A stretch of DNA of 64,000 nucleotides from contig JBHGNT010000003.1 of assembly GCA_043228905.1 (NCBI GenBank), positions 17,236,001 through 17,300,000 on the forward strand, written 5' to 3'. Of the stretch, positions 34,785-47,641 are shown in pieces; positions within the stretch are counted from its first letter, which is position 1, and every line of letters begins with the position of its first letter. A program made the position numbers and the translations under genes. Under the pieces are notes generated by a model that was given only the letters and a program-made list of their open reading frames with translations, searched no databases and was not told the origin of the DNA. This stretch comes from Azolla caroliniana (taxonomy: Eukaryota; Plantae; Polypodiophyta).

Positions 34785-36029
34785 TTTCCCAGGCCTCCTT
34801 TGGTGTTTTTGCATCCTTGATGTAGCCGAGCATCTGATCGTGCACACCGGACGCGAGGCAGTACAATACTCGGCTCACTTCTTGCTCCCATGCCAGGAAG
34901 TCTATTTTCCGACTCTAGTGCTACCTTATTGGTTCCTTCCACATAGCTCCAATATCCATGCCCCAACAAGTACTGGTGCATTTTATATTTCTAGGATGCA
35001 TAGTTGCTCCGGTCGAGGTTTTCTGTGGGAAGCAAACTTGCCATACCTCTGTCCATTTCGGTTCTCTATTGTTCTTCACCGGGTGTTAGGGTTTGTCTTC
35101 GAAAACGTATGCCGACTGCAGAGGAGTCTCAACCCTCGCGCTCTAGTACCATGTAAAAGTTAGCCTACAGAAGCTTGACAACACCAGTTTAGCTGGGCAA
35201 CAACAGAGAATAGAATACACAAGTTCAATGGAAGCTAGAGAATATTTAGCATACACGGGAGAGACAGAGAGAGAGAGACCAGAACATAAAACGTTATTCT
35301 AAAATAATAATCCTCTGTGTACATAGAATGTGCTCAGAGAGCACTTTTATACAAGTCCATAAAGGACTGACAAAAGTACTGACAGGTACTTCAATGCTCA
35401 TACGAGCGACTATCATTGACTCCCAAAAATATGCCTATGTACTAGGTTGAATCTGTTATCACTAGGGCCGGACAATGGCCTAACACAAGGTGTCCCTTTG
35501 AGACAATTCACCATAGGGGTGTTGCGGTGAGATAGAGTTAGACCAACTATTAATGGAACCTTAATGGGTTACTAGCGGCAATATCATTAGTCACCATACA
35601 CGCGTAGGATAAATTATGCTTAGCACAGAACGGTAATTAACAATGATTAAGATACAGAACAATAGCACTCTATTAATTATCCGCAAATGATTACAATCTA
35701 ACTGACTCTTTTTATAGGTTTCCGGTTTTAGGTACAAACCGGCTACGAACCGGTCCGGATCCGGGTCGGCATACCAATTCCGTGTCCGTCCATTCGCTTC
35801 TCAAATCATAAAAATTCTATATAAATATATAATCAGCTCCCGGTTATTAATTATCCCCTCGTTTCCCATTATGGACTTTTCTTGCCGGCCGGCTAACAGG
35901 ATCAGTAGGCCTCTAACGGCCTACCGGTTTCAATCCGATCCGGTTCCTGGTTCTGGATATCATCCGGACACTGATTCAGCTCTGGCTTATTCAGCCGATC
36001 TGAATCCAGTTGAGTTGGCTTGTTCAACA
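34785..36029 (-). mobile_element. Ty1/copia element Ca: 5' LTR (about 35152-36029), degenerate Met-tRNA PBS and gag start; outermost host of the left nest
   Basis: MHQYLLGHGYWSYVEG and DAKTPKEAWE match the C5 gag; PBS TGGTACTAGAGC at 35140-35151. Confidence 0.8.
35454..35898 (-). repeat. Solo LTR of the G3 family inside the Ca LTR
   Basis: Near-identical to 34323-34784; TSD gaatc/ggatc; no PBS adjacent. Confidence 0.88.
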
Positions 36030-36499
36030 ATAGTTCAAATGCTCTTAAAATAAGGCCTAAGCAGAATTAAAACCCAAATGGATAGTTATTGTAACCGCAA
36101 AAACTTAACACCTCTATAAACGCACTAATCTAGTACCATAACCTCCCCACAAGAGAAGGGAAACCTACTTTCCACCTCTAACAACCCACTCTTTACACCC
36201 ACTTATTGAACAAGTGTATTCCACGTAGGATTCCTTGCTCTTCATATGTTTAACACTTAGTTGTTTCATGGTAGGAAGTGCTCTCATTATTTCTATGGAA
36301 ACCATCATCCAGTAGAAAGTATTATAATTCTTTGCAAAAAAAGTTACATGTGTCTTCTTTCTTATTATGTGGGCTTGGAAAAGAGAGATTACGCTCTTAG
36401 TTTAACAGATTATTTTGTTTGGGGGTCAAAGAGGTGGGAGCTATATAGTTGAGGCTTGATCTCAAAGAATTTTGGAGTTCGTTGAAGCACGACAATTAT

Positions 36500-37460
36500 T
36501 ACGCATCCCACCCGATTATGGGTTTTCTTTGGAACAACCACAAAATATTCCATTGATGCAAGGTCCTTTACCAAGTTACAAACAAAAGAGAAATCATGGG
36601 TTGATTAGTGTTTACATGGTTAGACATCGTTTCATCTAGTCTTCTCACTGAGCATGGAAGAGCACATTCAACATGTCCAATTGGTCCTTGCCAAGCTTTG
36701 AGTGCACAAATTCGATGCCAAATGAGAGAAATGTGGAATTCCTTGTCTATGTCATCTTTTACCAAGGAATTACAATGGATACATAGAAAATTAAGATTAG
36801 TCAAGAGTGGGTCACTCCAACTCCACTAAAAGATGTACAATCATTTCTAAGCTTTGCGAATTTCTATTGATGATTTATCTAGGGATTCTCAAAAATTGGG
36901 TAACTCTTGATAGTGCATACATGCAAAGATGGTTTTTTTCATTGAACTATATATGCCCAAAACACCTTCAACTTGCTTACACAAGCATTCATCACTATCC
37001 TAGTACTCATGTATCCCGAGTCAACCAAGGCCTTCTAGGTGGAAACCGATGTTTCTGATTTTGTAATTGGAACTTCATTTTATCCAAATCCGATGATGTA
37101 GTGGCATACTACTCTAGAAATCTGATTTTGTGTTATACAACAAGGATCTTGTTGCTATTGTCTCAGATTTCAAAGAATGATGACCTTATTTGGCTAGAGC
37201 ACAACACCATGTCCAAGTGATAACCGATCACAAGAATTTGCTCTAATTCTCAACCACCCGATGTTGAATGGGTGCCAAGCTCGTTGGCCAACTTTTTTAG
37301 CTGATTATTAATTTGAAATATTATTTCAACCTGGACCCAACTCATGAAGGATGATGTACTTTCTTGATGATCAATATTTGAGCTCCTGCCAAGGTATTAT
37401 GTCTATGTTAAAAAATCCCAATGTTTCTTGAAGCCAAATCAATTCCATTTCTTTGTGACA
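36500..37460 (+). pseudogene. Very old chromovirus-like gypsy RT/RNase H remnant
   Basis: Degenerate SFLSFANFY (about 36841) and VETDVSDFVIG (about 37040), paralleling 51920-52160. Confidence 0.55.
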
Positions 37461-37689
37461 TGAATGATACTAAAGAACTATCTATTCAAGGAGTAGGGGA
37501 ACCCAGTATTCGTTATTCCCATCTCACTGATGTTGAACTTCATGAATATATACCTCGTTCTCTTACCAACACTAGAAGAACACAAATGCCATAATGACCT
37601 CTTTACTCATGTAACTTTTCCTTATATATGCTCTAATGTGCAACAAGAACCCACTAAAACAAGAGAAGATACATCACAACAATTGGCCT

Positions 37690-38660
37690 ATCTTTCAAAT
37701 GGATGTCAAGTCAACCTTCCTTAATGGTGACTTGAAAGAGGAAGTTATGTAGAACAAGCACTAGGTTTCAAGATTTTAGACATGAAACAACATGGTGTAT
37801 ACATCTTATGAAAAGCATTTTATTCAATTGTGCATTCATTTTCTTTCCCAATAAAGGAAAATAACCAAAAGACAAATCAACTTTGTTACTTGTGGATTAA
37901 AGCAACGACTCTTGGGTTTCAACACCATTATTATGATTACAACAAACTCTATGTCTTTTCCCAAGATGGTATGTTATTCTTGACCATATTATATGTTGAT
38001 GACCTTCCAATTATAAGGTTCCTTTCTTCTAAAATAGACTAGCTCCACATTGACCCTAAAACCACATTGAGATGTTTCATTTAGGACTTCGCCACAACTT
38101 ATTAGGTATCGAGGTCAATAAATCACATAGGGGAATTTTCCTCAGCTAATAGGTATCTTTGTCAGCTCCTTGAGACCTATGACATGTCAAATTGCATGTC
38201 ACCCTCATGTTCCATGGATCCAAACTCAAAGCTATCTCATGAACCTGATTCTCTCATATTTGAAGATAACACAAAATATAGAAGGTTAATGGGTCTCTTC
38301 TTCACTAAACTTACACCAAGATTGTCCTATAATGTGAATATTCTCAACAAATTCTGAAGTGCTCCAAAACAAAGACATTGGCAAGCAACTATTCGGGTTC
38401 TTAGGTATTTGATCAATACACTCTTTTATACTCTCTCTTAGAGGCGGCATTGAGTTTGTTGGCTAATTGAACTATGATTGGGTAACTGAAATCAATTTTA
38501 GATGATTCACATCTAGCTAAATTGTTTTGTATTATGGTCAAGCTTAATTTCATGGAAATCAAAGAAGCAAAATTCAGTTTCTACCTAATTAACCGAAGCT
38601 AAATATCGAACCTATTTGGATACTTGTTGTGAGTTGCATTGATTAATGCAACTTTTCATA
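37690..38660 (+). pseudogene. Very old copia RT/RNase H remnant
   Basis: FQMDVKSTFLNGDLKEE (about 37694), LYVDD (about 37989), SWKSKKQ (about 38550), TEAKY (about 38592). Confidence 0.75.
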
Positions 38661-39129
38661 AAATGCCAATGCCAACCTTGGAACAAAATGTTTACACTCT
38701 AACCATTGCACCACTTACCTTTCAAATAAATATTGTGATTTCATATTATTATTCTTTATCATTATATGGCATTGTACACGATTGATGATCGCCAAGTGGC
38801 ACACATCATGTATGCCAAGTGGAGATCATGTTTGATCCCATGTATGATATATAAGTGGAAGATCCGGTCAACATTGAACCATTTTTATGTCAATTTCGAA
38901 GATAAGAAGATAAAAAGAAAGCAATAAGACAATAACATAACAAGAAAACAAGAATTTGCATTACCTTGAGAAAAAGACGACAAGAGCATTGAATATTTGT
39001 GATGTATGTTGTCAATCAAAGATTCCTCAACATCAAACATAGGTTTGTCACAACCATTTCCATATCTAGTTGGTCCATGGAAATCTTTTGAGTAACAAGC
39101 TCAACATGAAGCGAGATTGACTAAAGGCT

Positions 39130-39640
39130 ATAAGGTTGAATCAGTTGAAGAAGCCGAAAGCCAAACCAGCTGGTAGGATCGGGTGATAGCTAAAACAGGG
39201 CCATAGGGCCAGATCGACTAGAGAAGTCGTTAGGACACAAGGTTTTGGGAATTGAGCCTATAGAAATATTAAAGGTCAAGTAGTCAAAGCTCATTAATGA
39301 GCTTAGGGTACTTGTGTAAGTACTCTTTTGTATAAAAAGTGCTCTATGAGAACATTGTATGCACAAATTCTTTCTGTAATAGAAATTTTTGTGTATTGTC
39401 TGCTAACTCTGTATCTCTCTCATTGTGTACTTGCTCTCCACCCCCATTCTCTGTTAATATCTAACTGTCTACTGTTGTGGCTAAGTTGTTTTGTCTGTTA
39501 GCTTCCGCACTTTACTTTAACATGGTATCAGAGTGTGAGGGTTACAAAAATCGTCTACAACCCACCAACCATTCCGACACAGACAAAGCTTTCAACTTTC
39601 GGACAGAAAAAAGACAAGACCATTGACAAAGGTATGGGTA
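39130..39640 (+). mobile_element. Copia 5' LTR (to 39521) with Met PBS and a short internal stub (Ca/C5-related)
   Basis: ...TTTAACA TGGTATCAGAGT at 39522-39533; TATAAAAAGTGCTC as in the C5 LTR; left boundary approximate. Confidence 0.65.
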
Positions 39641-40159
39641 ATTCTCTATGGAAGCTTATGAACCGACAGTCAGTTGGTTATCTGGAAATTGAACAGAACA
39701 ATTTGTTAACACAAAACAGTTTGTTAACACAGAACACAGAGTACAAGGATAGAGACTAAGTGAGAGTAGACAACAAAAACTCTATTACCAAAAATGCTCT
39801 CTGGATTTTATAGAGTGGTTAAGTGCACTTTATATATACTAGCCCATCTATCATGGTTGTTATGAAGTACTAACATGTACTTCAAAGCTATTACCTACGT
39901 TGGACCTATTTAATATAATAGGTCTATTCGGCACGTGTGACATTCGATCATCAGGTTCGAAATCTAGGACTAGGCAACCGGATCCATTCCGATCTAACCT
40001 ACCGGCTTGTCCAGCCGGTCCGGCCCATGTTGGGCTTGCTCACTCAACACTCCCCCTCAAGTTGAGCTTGAGGTCGGTCCGTTGTGTTAAATGTAGCCGG
40101 TCCTTGCTACCGACTCCTCCTAGAGTCCTCCCGCCTGCCTCCCACCACGCTCCACATCC

Positions 40160-43100
40160 TGTTGGAGACAAAGTCGTCAGTGCGGAAGATCAAGGAGCAT
40201 TCGAGTCTTGCTGAATACCTGAGTATGACTGTTTCTATGTCGTTGCACAGAGAGAGAGTGAGAGAGAGAGAGGCACAAAAGAACTCTTTATTCCAATAGA
40301 CAAGAATACAACAACCCAACCTCACAAAGAGGTTACAAGGTCACTAAATATAGTGACCGACTTAGGGCAACTACCCTTTATGCTAATTACATAAATGGCC
40401 AAAACAGGATAGTGTGAATACGTCCATTATACACATGTATTCGACACTCCCCCGTAATGGGCGTATACATGGGTTATCTAAGATTACAGGTATAGACTTA
40501 GGTTCTCGGACATATCAGCTTTGTTCGAGTCGGCAGGGTCCGAAGGCAGAAGACCGAACTGGTCGGGTCGGGACAGTTGAAGCCGATCATTAAGGAACTG
40601 ATGTCGGTTGTCGGGAACCATCCTGCTCTGTGTCTGGCTCTAACCGGACTGGTTTGTCGTTACGCCCATCTGATGCCGAAGAGACCGAAAACGGTCTGCC
40701 GAAAGACACTTGGTCATTCCATCTGCGACATTGTCGGTTGTGGATATTTTCTCTAGACCGATTTTCCCTGAAATGACGCAGTCCCGAACGAAGTGATATC
40801 GAACGTCGATATGTTTGGAGGCGTTGTGGTGAACCGGATTTTTCGACAAGGCAACAGCACCTTGACTGTCGCTGTAGACAACTGGAGCCGAGTCATGGTC
40901 GACTTGTCGAAACGTGTGCGCCAGCCGACCGAGCCACAAAGCTTCTTTTGCTGCGTCGGACGCAGCTACATATTCTGCTTCGGTCGTTGAGGTCGCTGTG
41001 CACTCCTGAAGTTTCGACTTCCACGAGATTGCTCCATTGCCGAATTTGAAGCAGTATCCGGTTGTTGATTTCCGACTGTCTATACAGTCGGCGAAGTCCG
41101 AGTCGGTGTAACCGACTACGCCTGAGGTTCGGTTCGGACCGAAAAGAATGCCGTGGTCTTTTGTGCCAGCCAGATATCTGAACACATGCTTGACTGCGTT
41201 CCAATGCGATCGGCCAGGATTGTGCATAAATCTGCTAACGACTCCTACGGCGTGAGAAATATCAGGCCGTGTCGCGACCATCAGGTACATAAGGGAGCCG
41301 ACTGCCGGTGCATACGGTACCGACTTCATATTTTCCCCCTCCGGACCGGATGTCGGGCAGTCTCGCTGAGAGAGCCGAAGATTCATAGGGAGCGGGGTTG
41401 AAGCAGATTTGGCTGATTGCATGTTGAAGCGTTCTAAGACACGTCGGATAAAGTCGGTCTGAGACAGAAAAAGATGTCGTTTATCGCGATGCCGACTAAT
41501 CTTCATGCCGAGTATGTGTCGTGCCGGACCGAGGTCCTTCATGGCAAACTTCAACCGCAGTTGCCGAATGAGATCGGCAAGTTCGCCCGCGTGGCGTCCA
41601 GAGATTAGCATGTCGTCCACGTAAATGATGAGGAAGATGGGTGACCCATCTTGAGCTGTGTTGGTGAAAAGACAATGGTCCTCATCGCTTTTTGAGAAGC
41701 CGATCGATTGGATGAAGTCGTCGAACTTCTTGTACCATTGTCGCGGTGCCTGTTTGAGGCCGTATAGACTCTTCCTGAGTCGGCAGACTAGATGTTCTTG
41801 GCCAGTCGCCACGAAGCCTTTTGGCTGCTCCATATAAATTTCCTCGTCAAGATCACCATGGAGGAATGTTGTTTTGACATCTAGCTGAATCAGCTCCAAG
41901 TTGTCGGCTGCCACGACGCCGAGCAGAAAACGAAGGGTTGTCATTTTCACCACTGGTGAAAAAATCTCGTCGAAGTCGACGCCATATTCTTGTCGGAAGC
42001 CCTTCGCAACTAATCTGGCCTTGTACTTTGGGGTGGTCGAATCAGACGTCTCTTTTAGTCGATAAACCCACTTGCAAGGAAGAGCACGTCGGTTCCTAGG
42101 TAATTCGACCAGATCCCAAGTCTTGTTTGCCCGAATGGAGTGCATTTCCGACTCCATCGCCAGATGCCAGGTGGCGGAATCGACAGATGTCGATGCTTCT
42201 TCGTAAGACGTCGGTTCGCCGGCGTCGGTGAAGAAAATTCCAGGAGAATACCTCTCCGGAGGTTGCGACAGTCTCTCGGATCGTCGAGGTATGATTGGAC
42301 TGGTCGCATCGGGTATCGAGGTCGGATGGTCCGAAAGCGGATTGTTCTGCTGTGCCGAGTCGGAGTTGTCCGAGTCGGTAGTGTAAGGTTCAGCTACCCG
42401 TGAAGCTGACCGTGTGTTGAGAGCAGGGCCTTCTTGAAGGGTCGGCACATCGGAGAATGTTACCCTTCGGACTTCGATCGGTTTTTCGACTGATGGATTC
42501 ATAGCCGACTCGTTGAACACAACGTCCGAACTTCGAACGATTTGTCTGCGTTCGGGGTCCCAGAGTCGGTATCCCATTTCGCCGTCGGATCCATATCCAA
42601 GGAAAATGCATTTCCTGGACCGAGGTGCAAGTTTTCGGCGATCATCTTTCGGAATAAGGGCGTACGCCTCGCATCCGAAGATCCTCAGCTTGTCGTAATT
42701 CGGCTTACTGCCGATCCATAGTTCCTGAGGAATTTGAAGTCCTAGAGGTCTACTTGGCGACATATTGATTATGTGTACTGCCGTGAGTAGAGCCTCTGCC
42801 CAGAAGCCATCCGACAGTCCGGAGTGTTGAAGCATGGAAACTATCCGTTCTTGGATTGTCCGATTCATGCGTTCGGCAATCCCGTTTTGCTCCGGGCTGT
42901 GTGGTGCCGTAAATTCACGTCGGATGCCGCGTTGTCGGCAGAATTTGACGAATTCTTCTGATTTGAACTCTCCCCCATTGTCGGTCCGAAAGCATTTCAG
43001 CTTTCGGTCGGTTTGATTTTCTACCATAGCGAGCCAATCGGTGAAGATCGAGAAGACCCGATCTTTGGTGCGAATTGGATAAGCCCACACCTTTCGAGTC

Positions 43101-45624
43101 GAATCGTCAATAAAAGTGACGAAGTAGGAGGCACCGCCGAGAGACTGATGCGGCATTGGGCCACAGACGTCCGAGTGGACCAAATCAAGAGGTCTCGTTT
43201 CTCTGGGTGCTGATGTCGGGTGTGATGCAGCTGCTTGTTTGCCATACTGGCAATGCTCGCAGAATTGATGGTCCGAGAAGGAGAGTTTGGGGATGTATCC
43301 GGCTCTAGATAGGTGCGTGATGCCGGCCTTGCTGAGGTGTCCTAATCTTCTGTGCCATAGTGATGACACAGGAATATCCACCAAAAATAGGTTACCCTCT
43401 CTGAGCGTAACATGTAACGGATACAGTGAGTGTATCTTGGGTCCTCTAGCAAGCAGGAGGTTCCCCCTGTGGAGTGTCCACCCTCCCGAAGAAAAACCGG
43501 CACGAATGCCGTCTTCATCTAGTTGTCCGACCGAGATCAATGGCCTTGAGAGCTCGGGTACATGTCGGACATTGTGAAGTACAAGTGTAGAGCCACCTGC
43601 AAGGTTGAGCTCTACTGTGCCGATTCCAATGATGTCACAGTGTTGCGAGTTGCCGACCCGAACTGAGTCGGAGTGACGGATCGTATATTGCCGAAATTGG
43701 GATCGATGAGGAGTCACGTGAAATGACGCACCCGAATCTAAGAGCCATGTGCTCGATTCTTCAGTCGTGAGCAGAACTTCTGATCCGACTGGATTTTCGA
43801 TTGATAGTATATTCGGGTCGTCCGGTAGTACATCAGCTGAGAAGCTGACGTAATTGATCTCCTCATGCCGGCCACTCTTCTTGTTGTTCTTGTTCTTGAG
43901 TGCGCGGCAGTCGGCTTTGATGTGTCCGGGTTTCTTGCAATAGTTGCAGGTTCGGTTATCCCGTGACTGGCTCCGTCTTCGCTGATTGTTCGGCGGCCGT
44001 GAGGAATCTCTTCCTCGTATGTTCGATCGGTCTGTCGAACCTTGTACTACGTAAGCGTCGTCTGTTGAGTCTTTGGCGAAAGACTTTCTCCGAGCTGCTT
44101 CGGTCAGGATTGCGCTCGTGACTTCGGAGTATTTAACAGCCGTGGTTGACGCGTTGCACACGGTTGTGACGAAAGTTTCCCATGATGAGGGAAGGCTGCT
44201 CATGAGTATCATTGCTCTGAGTTCATCCTCGATTGCCGTCCCCTGTGACGAGATTTGGGAGCTTATGCTTTCGTACTCATTGAGGTGTGCTTGAACCGAA
44301 TCAGATTCTTTCATCCGCAAGTTGTAGAGGCGCCGGATCAGAAACATCTTCGTTGCGGCGACCTTCTTTTCGTAAGTGTCCGACAGTGTTTTCCACAGTT
44401 CGAATGCTGTCGTACACGATTGCACCGTAAAGTATACCGATTCCGATAGGTGCATCCGAATCGTGGCGCGGACGATTCTGTCCAGCTTCTGCCACTCGAT
44501 TGGTTTGTATCCTTCTGGAGGTTCTTCATTTTCGATGGGATCGATTTGCCCCTTGACTATGAGATAGTCCTGCATTTGTTCCTTCCAGAAGTTGAAGTTC
44601 GATCCATCGAACTTTCGTAGACTCATTTCTGACGAGCCGGATGTTGATGCCATCAAATTCGGTTTCGGTTGACGAAGCTCGGTTCGGAGTTGACTACGAA
44701 CCTTGTTGGAGTGCAGCCGGTTGGCTCACCCGATATCGTTCTAGTCGGATTTGAACCCGAGTCGGTTCGGCTTCGGAACTTGCTCGAATTGACTCCGGTA
44801 GCTTGAGGGACAGAACCGACTGGTCTTCCCGAATGTTGCCGAGTCGGAGTGAGCCCGGTTCGCTTCGGATATATATGCCGAATGCCGATTATTGAAACCG
44901 ATTATCTGGACCGATTCTGCTTCGGTTGACTGCAGCAACGAGAGAGACGGATCCAACTGATCCTCCCGAATGTCGATCAGCCAGATGAAGCACGAATTTG
45001 GGGTTGTTGTCTTGAGACCGATCTGCACCGAGTGGTTACAACGAGCAGCGAGCAGCGTTTAAAGACCTTTTCGGATGCCGTTTAACCGAATGGAGCACGA
45101 TCGTGTCAATGATGCACAAGGGGATTTCACCTCGAGCGGTTACGATCACAAGGAACAGAGTACAACCTGATGGCTTACTCCAAGCAAGAGGATCTAACGC
45201 GATGAGGTGCAAACCTCGTTTTTGTTCTTCTTCTCTCTTTCTTCGAATGACGCGAATACTGTGCAGGCCGTGATGAAGTGAAGAACCGAATGCTGTTCAG
45301 GCGGTGACGACGGCCGAACCTCTGCTCTGATACCAGATGTTGGAGACAAAGTCGTCAGTGCGGAAGATCAAGGAGCATTCAAGTCTTGCTGAATACCTGA
45401 GTATGACTGTTTCTATGTCGTTGCACAGAGAGAGAGTGAGAGAGAGAGAGGCACAAAAGAACTCTTTATTCCAATAGACAAGAATACAACAACCCAACCT
45501 CACAAAGAGGTTACAAGGTCACTATATATAGTGACCGACTTAGGGCAACTACCCTTTATGCTAATTACATAAATGGCCAAAACAGGATAGTGTGAATACG
45601 TCCATTATACACATGTATTCGACA
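40160..45624 (-). mobile_element. Intact young Ty1/copia (Tork/Tnt1-like) element C3
   Basis: Perfect TSD CATCC. LTRs 40160-40446 and 45338-45624 (287 bp, 2 differences seen). PBS TGGTATCAGAGC 45324-45335; PPT near 40447-40455; one uninterrupted ORF. Confidence 0.97.
40640..44656 (-). CDS. gag-pol: Gag-Pol polyprotein (gag, CCHC, PR, INT, RT, RNase H), 1338 aa
   Basis: KFDGSNFNFWK, CNYCKKPGHIKADC, LDSGASFH, HSDVCGP, TDNGGEF, YVDD, YTDSD, ADGMTK; no internal stops. Confidence 0.97.
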   Translation of the reverse strand: MMASTSGSSEMSLRKFDGSNFNFWKEQMQDYLIVKGQIDPIENEEPPEGYKPIEWQKLDRIVRATIRMHLSESVYFTVQSCTTAFELWKTLSDTYEKKVAATKMFLIRRLYNLRMKESDSVQAHLNEYESISSQISSQGTAIEDELRAMILMSSLPSSWETFVTTVCNASTTAVKYSEVTSAILTEAARRKSFAKDSTDDAYVVQGSTDRSNIRGRDSSRPPNNQRRRSQSRDNRTCNYCKKPGHIKADCRALKNKNNKKSGRHEEINYVSFSADVLPDDPNILSIENPVGSEVLLTTEESSTWLLDSGASFHVTPHRSQFRQYTIRHSDSVRVGNSQHCDIIGIGTVELNLAGGSTLVLHNVRHVPELSRPLISVGQLDEDGIRAGFSSGGWTLHRGNLLLARGPKIHSLYPLHVTLREGNLFLVDIPVSSLWHRRLGHLSKAGITHLSRAGYIPKLSFSDHQFCEHCQYGKQAAASHPTSAPRETRPLDLVHSDVCGPMPHQSLGGASYFVTFIDDSTRKVWAYPIRTKDRVFSIFTDWLAMVENQTDRKLKCFRTDNGGEFKSEEFVKFCRQRGIRREFTAPHSPEQNGIAERMNRTIQERIVSMLQHSGLSDGFWAEALLTAVHIINMSPSRPLGLQIPQELWIGSKPNYDKLRIFGCEAYALIPKDDRRKLAPRSRKCIFLGYGSDGEMGYRLWDPERRQIVRSSDVVFNESAMNPSVEKPIEVRRVTFSDVPTLQEGPALNTRSASRVAEPYTTDSDNSDSAQQNNPLSDHPTSIPDATSPIIPRRSERLSQPPERYSPGIFFTDAGEPTSYEEASTSVDSATWHLAMESEMHSIRANKTWDLVELPRNRRALPCKWVYRLKETSDSTTPKYKARLVAKGFRQEYGVDFDEIFSPVVKMTTLRFLLGVVAADNLELIQLDVKTTFLHGDLDEEIYMEQPKGFVATGQEHLVCRLRKSLYGLKQAPRQWYKKFDDFIQSIGFSKSDEDHCLFTNTAQDGSPIFLIIYVDDMLISGRHAGELADLIRQLRLKFAMKDLGPARHILGMKISRHRDKRHLFLSQTDFIRRVLERFNMQSAKSASTPLPMNLRLSQRDCPTSGPEGENMKSVPYAPAVGSLMYLMVATRPDISHAVGVVSRFMHNPGRSHWNAVKHVFRYLAGTKDHGILFGPNRTSGVVGYTDSDFADCIDSRKSTTGYCFKFGNGAISWKSKLQECTATSTTEAEYVAASDAAKEALWLGRLAHTFRQVDHDSAPVVYSDSQGAVALSKNPVHHNASKHIDVRYHFVRDCVISGKIGLEKISTTDNVADGMTKCLSADRFRSLRHQMGVTTNQSG

Positions 45625-45880
45625 CATCCAGTCCGATCCCACGTCACACGACCACTCTAGTGCGATGCGCCTAGTTTTGCGCTAACACACCTCGACCCTT
45701 ACGGTCAGCTTGTTCGCTCGTTAGGCCCTTCTCAGCTCTCTCGTTTTCACGGCATTGGCACCCCTCTCGTCCGCCTAGCCTTCATATGATTCAGCTCTAC
45801 TAAATCAAACTCCTTGAGTGAATCAATTGTGTCCGATTCGTTCGAAAATGGTCGGCTTTGTCCTTCTTGACTCTATCGCC

Positions 45881-46311
45881 TGTCATGATATGGCATGGTA
45901 TGGCTCTGAAAGGATTCGAACCCATGACCTTGTGTTACATGGGCTGAGCCCTTGCCATTAAAATGAATTGTACTACGAAAGATATTAGTTTCATTTATTA
46001 TTTCTATAGGAAATTCATGTATATTCTGGATTACTCGAGAACATTCTAGAAACTTCAAGAGTAATCTTGACAACACTATAAATAGAGGCATAAGGCATTA
46101 TTCCAAACTAATTCAGTTCAACGCCAGTCTTAAGCCTCCTACTTGTTCTTGTATCTTTCTTCATATAATATAATATACCTCTTGTTGTCATCATTATCTC
46201 TCTCTCCTCTCACATGATTCTCACACACTCTTTCCCTTCTTAGTACTAATCCTCATTCTTCTCCTCTATCTTTAGTACTAATTCTCCTTGGCTCTAGTAC
46301 TATCTCTGACA
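45881..46311 (+). repeat. Probable solo LTR of an unidentified family inside C4
   Basis: TGTCA...TGACA termini, CTATAAATAG near 46076, CT-rich 3' part; imperfect TSD tcgcc/ccacc. Confidence 0.55.
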
Positions 46312-47641
46312 CCACCTCATCTGGATCCACCAGATGTTTCGACTTCCTTAGTCAATTCAACTTTTTCTTCAGTTGGCTCTTTCTCCAGCTTGTTATCTTT
46401 GTTCTCCCCCCAAGTTGTCCCACCTGTTTCAGCTATGCAACTTGTTCTCCCTCTCAAGTGAGGCATGTCAAGATGTTGTATCCCAAGCAGAAAACTGTTG
46501 TAACTTCTTGAGTTTGAGAGCCTTGGTGAATATGTCAGCAATCTGCTGATCAGTTCGAACATACTGTAGTTGGACTTCACCACTCAGGACTTGCTCGCAC
46601 ACAAAGTGGTAATGCACTTCTATGCACTTCTATGTGCCGTGGCGATATAGGAGTCCATGATCCTTCATGTGGGTCACATATCCCAGTATCCGGTGTGCGC
46701 AGTAAAGGTGCTCGATTGTCAGCATCTACATAAACTGGCTTATCATGCTAATCGGATAGCTAAGATCGGGTCAGGTGATGGTTAAGTATATTTAAAGGCT
46801 TCCAATGATTTTTTAGAACCATTTCGCATTGCATGCCACTCCCGAGTCATGATGAAGCTTCAAGTTTCGATCAAGAAGGGTGGAGACGGATCAACAATCC
46901 ATCATGCCGAATTTGTACATCATATTCAAGACATAGTGTCGTTGAGTTAGCAATATGTCATCTCGTGTGTGGATCACTTCAATCCTGAGGAAATAATGAA
47001 GGTCACCTAAATCCTTCATTTCAAATGCTTCCAACATTTCAGGTGTTACTCAGCTGATTTCAACAAGGTCACGTCCGGTGACAACCAAGTCATCCACGTA
47101 CAACAATATGTGGACCGAACCTTTTGGACCTTTCCGGATGAACCACGAAGAGTCACACTTTGAGACCGCAAACCCCATCTTACATAGGCGTTGCATGATT
47201 TTCGAGTTCCAAGCACAGGGGGCTTGGTTGAGGCTGTAAAGGGACTTCTTTAACCGGCAAATTGCCAATTTGTTGAACTTTGACTAAAATCCGGGGGTTG
47301 GACCATAAATACTTGTTCTTCAATATCCCCTTGAAGAAATGCATTCTTGAGGTCCATCTGATGGAGGTGCCACCCCCTTGTCGTTGCTACCACCGGCACT
47401 ACACGGACCGTCGTCCTCTTCACCACCGATGCAAAGGTCTCATCGTAATCGAAGCCGTGAGTCTTTGCGTATCATTTTGCCACCAATCATTCGGTACATC
47501 GACCAAGTCCGACGTCTCATATTCCATGAGCGCGTGCATCTCTTCCTCCATAGCCTTCTGCCAATTCGGGTCCTTAGCTCTCTAGCTCACGCACGACTGC
47601 CACCTTCGCCATGTACGCATAATGATGCACCATATACTCGT

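Larger units (their letters stand above)
39640..47641 (-). mobile_element. Decayed Ty1/copia element C4 (3' LTR about 39640-40049, PPT, RT/RH remnants about 46450-47640), host of C3
   Basis: PPT GAGGGGGAG next to the LTR at 40050; HIEVHYHFV...ADIFTKAL, LLYVDDL, LKKSLYSLNQAP on the minus strand. Confidence 0.75.

Noticed and set aside
34323-35898. Two similar LTRs 670 bp apart as a TRIM or mini-element
   Set aside because: The intervening DNA is copia gag/PBS/LTR, and the right LTR has its own TSD, so it is an independent solo LTR.
36030-39130. Host gene in the AT-rich region
   Set aside because: No long ORF; the recognisable motifs are decayed retroelement RT/RH.
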